This document shows, piece by piece, positions 1 to 7,212 of a stretch of 64,000 nt of DNA. The notes beneath the pieces were generated by a model. That model was given only the letters and a program-made list of their open reading frames with translations. It was not told the DNA's origin and searched no databases. Source of the stretch: an uncultured Candidatus Saccharibacteria bacterium (GTDB lineage Bacteria; Patescibacteriota; Saccharimonadia; Saccharimonadales; CAYOYH01); assembly GCA_964579475.1 (NCBI GenBank), contig CAZOFP010000003.1, forward strand, positions 109 through 64,108, read 5' to 3'. The position numbers and the translations under genes were made by a program. Numbering within the stretch: the first letter of the stretch is position 1; each line of letters opens with the position of its first letter.

Positions 1-818
1 GTGCCTTTTATTTCAAGCATTGTTAGAGCTTGGCTGAATTCGCTAGATTTAATCTGTGCTAGTTTCTGGAGTTCGTCGCCATCTTTCGGGCCTTCAGCTA
101 GATTATCAAGAATTGCTTGTTCGCTAGCGCTATCTCCTCTGATATTGCTTTTATCAGCTTTGAGATCCTCAAGTCCACAAGCGTTTAAGATGTCAGTTAC
201 GGAGGTTACGGGGAAAGCACCTGTCTTTATAAGGTTGTTAGTACCCGCAGACATTGGGCTGTTGATGTTTCCAGGCACCGCGAGGACTGTTTTACCCTGC
301 TCCAGAGCGAAACCAGCTGTTATCGATGTACCACTGCGAGCTGCCGCCTCTATAACAAGTACGGCGTCAGCCAGTCCAGAGACTATGCGATTGCGAGCTG
401 GGAAGTTTTGCACCAGGGGCGGCATGCCTTCTTCGTATTCACTTACTAGAGCTCCGCGAGCAGCGAGGATTTCTTTTGCTAGGCCTCTGTGGGATGCAGG
501 GTAGATTTTGTCGAGTCCACACGGCATCACAGCTATCGTTTTACCTTTAGATTTCAACGCAGCCCGATGAGCTAGTCCATCTATGCCAAGCGCAAGACCA
601 CTGATTATCGTTACTCCGAGTGAGGCGAGCTCTTGCACTAGTGTTTCTGTTACGTATCGCCCGTACTTGGTTGGTTTTCTGCTGCCAACAACGGCAACCT
701 TGAAGGAGTCGTCATCATTTATATCACCGAGGGTATAAAGCTGTTTGGGCGCTGAGTCAATATTGCGCAGCTTAGCTGGATATTTATCAGAGTTATGTTT
801 TAGACACTTGATTTTCAT
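1..818 (-). CDS. dprA: DNA processing protein DprA/Smf (3' end beyond window edge)
   Basis: Not in the ORF track because it runs off the edge. My reverse-strand translation from the ATG at 818-816 gives MKIKCLKHNSDKYPAKLRNI...VAVVGSRKPTKYG...ISGLALGIDGLAHRAAL...NFPARNRIVSGL, the DprA Rossmann-like core. The track ORF 1..504(+) is antisense to it. Confidence 0.85.
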   Translation of the reverse strand, partial: MKIKCLKHNSDKYPAKLRNIDSAPKQLYTLGDINDDDSFKVAVVGSRKPTKYGRYVTETLVQELASLGVTIISGLALGIDGLAHRAALKSKGKTIAVMPCGLDKIYPASHRGLAKEILAARGALVSEYEEGMPPLVQNFPARNRIVSGLADAVLVIEAAARSGTSITAGFALEQGKTVLAVPGNINSPMSAGTNNLIKTGAFPVTSVTDILNACGLEDLKADKSNIRGDSASEQAILDNLAEGPKDGDELQKLAQIKSSEFSQALTMLEIKG

Positions 819-939
819 AAGTATAAGTTATTTCGTAGTTGACATGAAGCCAATTAAGTGCTAGGATACTTGACGTAATCACAGTATATGTGATTTATGT
901 ACATTATACCCCCTATTTTAGGACTTTGTCCTAAAAAAT

Positions 940-1226
940 AACAGTTTTAAACTGTTAGATTGCTGGAAACGTGCGTTATTAAGTATCTACCCTCCACTTT
1001 CTACGCTAGGTGCCCAAAAGTACCAGCGTTACCAGCAAACTAACCCCTTTAACTACTAGACCTTGACTTTGTCAGGTGGGCTCTCTTATGTGGGAGATCA
1101 CAGGTTAAATAACTGGCTTCGGCCGGGCTGCGTACATCTGTTGCGTCAACGCCCTCTGTGATTGTGGGTTGAAGGGATAAATCAAGGCTTTGCGGTGCCC
1201 ACCCCTGCAAAGTCTTGTTTTATTTT
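940..1226 (+). ncRNA. candidate unclassified structured RNA ending in an intrinsic terminator (5' end undefined)
   Basis: ORF-free. UUCG-capped hairpin GGC-TTCG-GCC at 1115-1124 is enclosed by ATCACAG 1097-1103 / CTGTGAT 1156-1162. A terminator-like stem plus T tract lies at 1188-1226. Confidence 0.3.
1188..1226 (+). terminator. rho-independent terminator-like hairpin
   Basis: CTTTGCGG 1188-1195 pairs with CCTGCAAAG 1204-1212 (8 bp including one G-U valid only in + sense), followed by TCTTGTTTTATTTT. Confidence 0.5.
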
Positions 1227-1583
1227 CTGAACTTTTTTCAGGGCACAGCAACAGGATTACTGCTGTCCAGTGGAGCTGGACACACCTAATCCTTCGTCGT
1301 TGCGATTTCCGTTACTCGTTCAGTGTACCTCTAGTACACTTCACTCCGTTACTCAATCACGCCTTGTGCTGTACTCCTGAAAACAGCTCAGAAAGGAGAT
1401 AAATAACCTACTCCAACCCTTCTTTGTCAGGGTTTCCGCTGCTCACTTCATGCTTCGCTGCGCGACTCAACTTTTCCTCGCGCTTCACTCCTGAAAAGAG
1501 CTCAGTTTTGACGTCGTTGTTCGTGGTTTCCTTGTGTTGCATTAACGAAGAGAGCTAGGTCGGTACATGGTACAATTTCTTTG

Positions 1584-2177
1584 ATGAATTACCCTAGTGA
1601 AGACGAGATAGAGTTGCTCCACAAAAAATACGCACCCTCTGTAGCGGCCTATGAGATGGTGTATACCCATAGCTTGATAGTTAATGAGATTGCCCAAGAA
1701 ATCATCAGGAATAAGAAGTTGAAAGTTGATGAACAATTAGTTGAGGTGGGCTGCATGGTTCATGATGTTGGCGTTTATAAGCTATTTCTCCCCTCCGGAG
1801 AGATAGACGGCAGGAATTACATTACTCATGGGATAAAAGGACATGGAATTTTAAAGGAAGAAGGATATCCAGAGGCAATATGTCGTTTCGCTGATCACCA
1901 TACTGGCGTTGGATTAACGAAAAATGATGTGATTTCACAAAATCTTCCCTTGTCTCCACGAGACTACACTGCTGATACTATCGAAGAAAAGATTGTAATG
2001 TACGCAGATGATTTTCATTCGAAAACACCGACTTTTAACTCGGTTGCAAGATACAAAGAACGGATATCACGCTTTGGGTTCGAGAATGCCAAAGCCTTTC
2101 AGGCAGCGGTAGACAAATTCGGCGAACCAAACATTAAATTACTGTCGGAAAAGTACAGACAGCCTATCGACGGTTGA
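1584..2177 (+). CDS. HD-domain phosphohydrolase
   Basis: ORF track. HD motif CMVHDVG and downstream FADHHTG/YADDFH metal-ligand pattern. The ATG at 1584 is preferred over the TTG at 1581. Confidence 0.75.
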   Translation: MNYPSEDEIELLHKKYAPSVAAYEMVYTHSLIVNEIAQEIIRNKKLKVDEQLVEVGCMVHDVGVYKLFLPSGEIDGRNYITHGIKGHGILKEEGYPEAICRFADHHTGVGLTKNDVISQNLPLSPRDYTADTIEEKIVMYADDFHSKTPTFNSVARYKERISRFGFENAKAFQAAVDKFGEPNIKLLSEKYRQPIDG

Positions 2178-2307
2178 TTAGGTGTCGCGCATACCCCGAG
2201 TATAAGCTCGCAGGTAAGCATTGTCCGCCTAAAGGCGGACGGATTCGTGCGTAGCACGGATGCGAGTCAAGAAGATACCGCGAGTGTTAACTCGCGGAGA
2301 TTCATTA
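2174..2307 (+). repeat. intergenic repeat family A (~134 nt, four hairpins), copy 1
   Basis: Near-identical to 38810-38942 (reverse strand) and shares its 3' two-thirds with 15921-16021. Hairpins include GTCCGCC-TAAA-GGCGGAC and CCGCGAG-TGTTAA-CTCGCGG. Confidence 0.85.
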
Positions 2308-2839
2308 TATCGAGTAATTCTGGGAATTTGGTGTATTTGGGGCTGTTTTCGGTGTTGAAGTGGCCTTGACCTTTAATTACCACTAGTTCTCCGTCAACTT
2401 GCTTTAAGAGGTGCTTTGCGTGCTCTAAAGGGCAATATGGGTCGTTGTCTGAGTGCAAAAACACGATTTTCTCAGCATTTTGCCCTGCTTTTTTGTAGTC
2501 AATCTTCTCCGTGAACAAATCGTCAAGCGCGTCCCAGCCGAGTGAGTCTTTAAAGGCGCTTACCAGATAAGATGTTTTTATGGGTGTCCTGAGTTTGCTC
2601 AGCAGTCCAAGTGTCGCCACGGCTCCAGATGAGTGGCCGATTATTATGGTGTCCTTGTTGAATTTAAAATCACTAGAGAGTAGAAACTTTACGTAGGTCT
2701 GCATATTTGGACGGTCAGAGTTTGGTAACTGAGGCAACCAAACTCTGTAACCTTGTTTTTCAAGCTGATCTTTTAGCCATGTAAACCAGTTAGAATCTGG
2801 AGTTGCGCCAGTGCCGTGCAGAATCAATGCATTTTTCAT
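2267..2839 (-). CDS. serine hydrolase, alpha/beta fold (YdeN/RBBP9-like)
   Basis: ORF track. Nucleophile elbow GHSSG and conserved HSDNDP and GHF motifs. Start moved to MKNALILHG (2839). The last ~13 codons lie inside repeat A. Confidence 0.75.
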   Translation of the reverse strand: MKNALILHGTGATPDSNWFTWLKDQLEKQGYRVWLPQLPNSDRPNMQTYVKFLLSSDFKFNKDTIIIGHSSGAVATLGLLSKLRTPIKTSYLVSAFKDSLGWDALDDLFTEKIDYKKAGQNAEKIVFLHSDNDPYCPLEHAKHLLKQVDGELVVIKGQGHFNTENSPKYTKFPELLDIMNLRELTLAVSS

Positions 2840-2886
2840 ACTACGATTATACCAAGCAAGAGCCAGGGTGTGCGTATAATGGTTGT

Positions 2887-4098
2887 ATGAGTTTGGAGAA
2901 GGCACAGCGCAGTGTTCCGCTTGCGGACAGAGTAAGGCCAGATAATTTAGATGATTTTATTGGTCAAGAGCATGTCGTTGGCACGGGGCAGTTTCTGCGT
3001 ACTATTATCGACAAAAAACAACCAACGTCCTTGATATTTTGGGGGCCGCCTGGTGTTGGTAAAACAACTTTGGCGCGGATTATTGCAGGCAATTCCAATA
3101 TGCGCTTTGTTGAACTTTCGGCTGTAACTACTGGAGTAGCCAAAGTCCGTGAGGTAATAGAAAGCGCCAAGGTTCACAAACGTCTCGGTGAAGACACCTT
3201 ACTGTTTATCGACGAGATTCATCGGTTCAATAAAGCTCAACAAGACGCCTTTTTGCCGCATGTAGAGGACGGTACGGTTACCCTTATTGGTGCCACCACC
3301 GAAAATCCTAGTTTTGAGGTTATTTCTCCCCTGCTCTCGCGGACGAAAGTCGTAGTACTGAAGCCGCTTAGCGAGGACGATATCATCAGGGTTATTAAGC
3401 TTGGCGTTAAACAGCTTTCGGGTGCCAAGATAACCAAAAAAGCCACTGAAGTACTAGCTAGCATGGCTTCTGGTGATGCCAGGGTGGCTCTAAACGGCCT
3501 AGAGGTCGCCTCTAGGCTTGCTGGCAAGAAATCTATAACTCCTGCTGTTGTCGAGCAAGCTATGCAGCAAACGGCTCTAAAATATGACAAAAACGGCGAA
3601 GACCACTACAACACCATCAGTGCATTCATAAAAAGTATGCGCGGCTCTGACCCTGATGCTTCGCTGTACTACATGCACCGGATGATAGCCAGCGGCGAAG
3701 ACCCTAAGTTTATTGCTCGGCGGATGGTCATCTTTGCCAGCGAAGATATTGGTATGGCTGCGCCTTACGCACTAACCTTGGCTGTCTCAGCTTTTCAAGC
3801 GGTCGAAAGGATTGGTCTACCAGAGGCTGAGTATGCACTAAGCCAAACAGCAATAGCCATGGCGACTTCACCAAAATCGCGAGCTGTGGCTGACGCCATG
3901 TCTAGTGCAAAAAAAGCCCTCAAGACATATCCTAATGTTGCAGTCCCCCACCATCTGCGTAACGCAGTAACTGAGCTTATGAAAAACGAGGGATACGGCA
4001 AAGACTACAAATGGCAGGCTGATTTCAAACATGAAAAAGGCTTCATGCCCAAAGAGCTTGAAAACGAGCAATTCTACACCCCTCCGAAGAAAAAATAA
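2887..4098 (+). CDS. rarA: replication-associated recombination protein A (AAA+ ATPase RarA/MgsA)
   Basis: Walker A GPPGVGKTT, Walker B LLFIDEIHRF, C-terminal MgsA helical domain (YYMHRMIASGEDPKFIARR). Start at MSLEKAQ (2887). Confidence 0.9.
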   Translation: MSLEKAQRSVPLADRVRPDNLDDFIGQEHVVGTGQFLRTIIDKKQPTSLIFWGPPGVGKTTLARIIAGNSNMRFVELSAVTTGVAKVREVIESAKVHKRLGEDTLLFIDEIHRFNKAQQDAFLPHVEDGTVTLIGATTENPSFEVISPLLSRTKVVVLKPLSEDDIIRVIKLGVKQLSGAKITKKATEVLASMASGDARVALNGLEVASRLAGKKSITPAVVEQAMQQTALKYDKNGEDHYNTISAFIKSMRGSDPDASLYYMHRMIASGEDPKFIARRMVIFASEDIGMAAPYALTLAVSAFQAVERIGLPEAEYALSQTAIAMATSPKSRAVADAMSSAKKALKTYPNVAVPHHLRNAVTELMKNEGYGKDYKWQADFKHEKGFMPKELENEQFYTPPKKK

Positions 4099-4152
4099 CA
4101 GATGCAAACTTGCAAAAGCATAAGAAGTATGATACAATAAAAAGATAAGGGT

Positions 4153-4473
4153 ATGGAAACAGAAAATCATTCGGAAGAAGAGTTTGTTGTACAGCTAGGC
4201 TTGCTTAATGGTCGCGGCGCTGGTCGCAGGATTAAAAATTATCTTAAAGACTCCGGGAGAGCCAAACAAGTTCATGTTGTAACTTTGCTTGAATCTATTG
4301 CCGATCCCGACAGAACAGCCGAACTAATCGAAGGACGCACTGGCCTACTCTACTCTTTAGGGCCAATCGCTATTACTTCAGAGATGCGCCCCAACAAACT
4401 TATTACGGTAAGCAGCCCTGTGAGAGTGCGCATGTATACGTGCCACGAGCTCTTGGCGCACTGGCAATCATAG
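4153..4473 (+). CDS. hypothetical protein (possible 5' part of a frameshifted gene)
   Basis: ORF track. Overlaps the next ORF by 34 nt in another frame. Confidence 0.4.
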   Translation: METENHSEEEFVVQLGLLNGRGAGRRIKNYLKDSGRAKQVHVVTLLESIADPDRTAELIEGRTGLLYSLGPIAITSEMRPNKLITVSSPVRVRMYTCHELLAHWQS

Positions 4474-4844
4474 GTACAGACTACTTTTCAAACATGATGA
4501 CTTTTAATGGCGAGAGGACTAACCATATAGCTGCTTCAACAACTCGTGAAATTATGAATCTAAAAAATGTCCCAACACATTTTAAGTTAGCCAAGGCTGT
4601 ACTTGACTTTTCCATGGTGGATTGGGCGGACGCAATGCGTGAGTCTAATGACCAGCTCGAGCGTATTATGGTAGTGGTGACCGACAGAGATAGAGTGACG
4701 ACACACTCAGAAGATTACGGGGCGACAGTTCGTGAGCACGGCATGTCTTTTGTAGAAGTTCGTGGTCGACATGACACTCTATTGACCCATCCCCAGCGCC
4801 TTTTTGAAGAGATGGATACTAAATTATTTGAACAGGTTGCCTGA
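4440..4844 (+). CDS. hypothetical protein (possible 3' part of a frameshifted gene)
   Basis: ORF track, GTG start. Its frame stays open well upstream of 4440. C-terminus HDTLLTHPQRLFEEM resembles the catalytic-His end of alpha/beta hydrolases (weak). Confidence 0.4.
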   Translation: MPRALGALAIIGTDYFSNMMTFNGERTNHIAASTTREIMNLKNVPTHFKLAKAVLDFSMVDWADAMRESNDQLERIMVVVTDRDRVTTHSEDYGATVREHGMSFVEVRGRHDTLLTHPQRLFEEMDTKLFEQVA

Positions 4845-5336
4845 GAGATTTTGAATAGCCGCGATTTCGTCATCACCTAATCTACCAAGAACAAAATCGG
4901 TAGTATCTGCTTTATCAGCGAGTTCCGTCCTTATACCAATACGCACCCGGTGAAAATTATTGCCGATATATGTAGCCACTGACTCGATTCCGTTATGTCC
5001 GGCGCTACCACCACCAGTTTTCCGTTTTACTTTGCCTGATGGTAAGTCGAGCTCATCGTGAACTATCGTAATTTGGTCATTTTCAAGTTTATAAAAAACC
5101 TTCAGTGCCTGCACTGTTCGTCCGCTAAGATTCATAAATGTTTGAGGTTTGGCGAGTATGAGCTTGTCGCCATTTTCATCTGTTGTTTCAAGGATTTCAG
5201 CTTTAAATTTGTCTTTTGACTTCCACTTACCTAGCTTATTTTCTTGGACATACGAATCCAGCGCAATAAACCCAGCATTATGCCGAGTTTTTGCGTACTG
5301 CTTTCCTGGATTTCCGAGTCCAACTACAAGTTTCAT
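4824..5336 (-). CDS. pth: peptidyl-tRNA hydrolase
   Basis: MKLVVGLGNPGKQYAKTRHNAGF and GGSAGHNGIES signature. Confidence 0.92.
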   Translation of the reverse strand: MKLVVGLGNPGKQYAKTRHNAGFIALDSYVQENKLGKWKSKDKFKAEILETTDENGDKLILAKPQTFMNLSGRTVQALKVFYKLENDQITIVHDELDLPSGKVKRKTGGGSAGHNGIESVATYIGNNFHRVRIGIRTELADKADTTDFVLGRLGDDEIAAIQNLSGNLFK

Positions 5337-5562
5337 AAGTATGAGTATACTACAGCCGCGGCATAGACAAATACCGAAAGATATGCTAGAGTATGTATAC
5401 TTTCACAATTTCGTGAGGGAGATTTTTGACAAGAAGTACAAGAAACAAGATGGGAATAAAGCACGTTTATTAATAGTGTGTTCTATTCTCATCTTGTGTG
5501 TTTAGGATACATACGCTAGCTAAGCTAGAGGCGAATTATGCCAAAGACGAGGGAAGGTAATT

Positions 5563-5964
5563 ATGCCCGACGCAATGACGACTATCGACCCCGAGCAAGT
5601 TTCAGCCATCTTCATGGACTGCTTGTTCAAGGAAGGTGAGGACACATCCGGACATGTGATCGCCGAGGGTCTTACTACCGACGTCGGTTTTCATCCGAGA
5701 CGTCTTGAGGGTCATAAGCAGACTGTCGGCGAGATACTGACTTTGCTGCCCAATGAGTTCCTGAGTGTCGAGCGCGGCGGAGGTGGAGGCTGGAGCTTTC
5801 TCAACGCATGCAATGATGTGAACGGAAACCAGTGGACGGGGTTTCATAAGACGGTGGAGCAACTCATGCTACTTGGTCTCGCAACCGGGCAGGTCGAGTA
5901 CCAACTCCCCAAAAAGATGTGGGCTCTTCTGCCTGGTAAGATGCCGTATTTCTCGGTCGTTTGA
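5563..5964 (+). CDS. hypothetical protein (orphan, 133 aa)
   Basis: ORF with RBS GAGGGAAGG 5-13 nt upstream of the ATG. No family recognised. Confidence 0.55.
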   Translation: MPDAMTTIDPEQVSAIFMDCLFKEGEDTSGHVIAEGLTTDVGFHPRRLEGHKQTVGEILTLLPNEFLSVERGGGGGWSFLNACNDVNGNQWTGFHKTVEQLMLLGLATGQVEYQLPKKMWALLPGKMPYFSVV

Positions 5965-6079
5965 CCAAGAAACTGATTTCCATGGCGGTGGTGACAAGAA
6001 GAGAGTAGTTTGGGCTGACCCAGGCGTTTGGCTCTTGTGCCACTCACCTTTCCTAAACTATTGTCTTCTTGTCATTACC

Positions 6080-6128
6080 GCTTCAATGAGTGTGTGCTCA
6101 TTCTGATGAGTCCAAAAGGACGAAAAGC
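6080..6128 (+). ncRNA. hammerhead self-cleaving ribozyme, type III topology
   Basis: GCTTC|AATGAG-TGTGTG-CTCATT-CTGATGA-GTCC-AAAA-GGAC-GAAA-AGC. All invariant core nucleotides, three helices and an NUH (UUC) cleavage site are in canonical order. Predicted cut is after C6084. Confidence 0.85.
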
Positions 6129-6130
6129 TA

Positions 6131-6760
6131 CTAGTTTTTCACTAGATCAAAGCTACCTCGACCAAGGCCTAGCTTTGTAATGCCCGCGGAGAATAGTTTT
6201 TTCAGCCCAAATAAAGAGAGTGTATCAGCATAAACTTGACAAGTTAGCATAAGCATGATAAGATATAAGAATCTAGTGGAATTTCTGCTGGATGAACGTT
6301 GAAAGGGAATGTTTAGACGAAACGAGTTCATAAAGTGAATTGGTTTTGTCTAAACATGACAAAAGGTGTTGGGTCTTCGGATCTGACTAGTTATCGAGCA
6401 GCCATGCGAAATAACAAATCTTCTGCATCGGAAATTGTACGGTATGTGCAGAAGGAGCCCGTACTCACTGAGAAAATGATCCAAGAACATTCCTCAGTGA
6501 AAACTAACACACTTATAACATGTGGTTGCTACGAGATGAAGCAGAGAGTCTGGACTCTTTGTGGAATCGAGGATTGCCCTCGTAAGGCAATTGTCGCAGG
6601 AGCGTCGCAAGACGTTTGAGCGGACAATCATGTGTGGTTACAAAGCCCAACACCCAGGTGTCAACGCGTACAGGATAATGGCATCGAAATGTGTAGGAGT
6701 TTTCCTTCGGGTGAACTTATGGCATTTTCGGTCCCGTATGGCCTGGATACGTGTTGGGTA
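6131..6760 (+). ncRNA. candidate large structured RNA / giant leader downstream of the hammerhead
   Basis: No convincing ORF. At least 12 helices can be read by eye, including a 15+5 bp hairpin at 6309-6357, UUCG-capped stems at 6372-6383 and 6699-6716, a GCAA-capped stem at 6601-6616, and a long-range 8-bp pairing 6646-6653/6751-6758. G-U pairs and tetraloops are only valid in + sense. Confidence 0.45.
6236..6264 (+). promoter_or_regulatory. sigma70-like promoter candidate
   Basis: TTGACA (6236-6241), 17 nt spacer, TAAGAT (6259-6264). Confidence 0.35.
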
Positions 6761-6801
6761 AACTCTTCACCTTGTATCTCTTACGAGAAAAAGGAGGAGA
6801 G

Positions 6802-7080
6802 ATGCGTGTATATATCAACCCAAAAACTGATTTCGGTTTCGGACTGGAGTCAGACGAGATCACCTCTCAGCAACTAGCAATATTTGCCGAGATGGTGTTC
6901 TCCAAGAAGAGTGTCGACGGCCGCGCCGAATGGTACTACGACGAGTTCGTAGATCCAATCGAGCACGGTGTCAAGATCGACATCAACGGGTTAGATAGGG
7001 CGCAGTTCATCTTGATCATTGGCCAAATTGCAGATCGCTGCTTGCAGCATTGTGACAAAGTCGTGATAGAGGTGTCATAA
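6802..7080 (+). CDS. hypothetical protein (orphan, 92 aa)
   Basis: Strong RBS AAGGAGGAG at 6791-6799, then ATG at 6802 (MRVYINPKTDFGF...). No family recognised. Confidence 0.55.
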   Translation: MRVYINPKTDFGFGLESDEITSQQLAIFAEMVFSKKSVDGRAEWYYDEFVDPIEHGVKIDINGLDRAQFILIIGQIADRCLQHCDKVVIEVS

Positions 7081-7089
7081 CCTATCCCT

Positions 7090-7143
7090 AAAAAGGGGTG
7101 AACCAGAGTGCGGTAGCTTCGGCTACCAAACCTGGTTCACCCC
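7090..7143 (-). terminator. very stable compound hairpin; T-run only on the minus-sense side
   Basis: GGGGTGAACCAG 7095-7106 pairs perfectly with CTGGTTCACCCC 7132-7143. Inner stem is GGTAGC-TTCG-GCTACC. In minus sense it is followed by TTTTT (7094-7090); in plus sense there is no U tract. Confidence 0.5.
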
Positions 7144-7212
7144 AACTCCCCACAGGTGTGTATAGATGGTGAGTTTAAAAGAAAACGAAATTATCTGATG
7201 AAAACAGTGGAA

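Noticed and set aside
1-504. Track ORF 1..504 (+), 167 aa
   Set aside because: It is antisense to a clear DprA coding sequence on the minus strand. It has low-complexity Ser/Ala/Leu/Arg composition and no motif.
921-935. Hairpin AGGAC-TTTG-GTCCT as a terminator
   Set aside because: There is no U tract 3' of the stem in either orientation. The T-runs precede it.
819-1583. RNase P RNA, tmRNA, SRP RNA or 6S RNA in the large dprA/HD gap
   Set aside because: I looked on both strands for GAGGAAAGUCC / ACAGAA..GGCUUA, a GGGG... 5' end with a T-arm-CCACCA 3' end, and the GGAA-capped SRP domain IV. AGGACAAAGTCC (minus sense, 921-932) resembles the P4 motif but has an inserted C and would run into dprA. 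No call was made.
6335-6877. Track ORFs 6335..6619, 6561..6761 and 6632..6877 (+) in the structured tract
   Set aside because: No RBS, GTG or poor starts, mutually overlapping frames and non-protein-like sequence. The region is better explained by RNA helices. Only the frame from ATG 6802, with a strong RBS, was kept.
5563-7150. Compositional evidence for horizontal transfer of the hammerhead module
   Set aside because: A hand count of 5581-5680 gives 53 percent G+C against 48 percent in der. That is too small a difference from two 100-nt samples to support a claim, unlike the 29 percent of the zeta islet.
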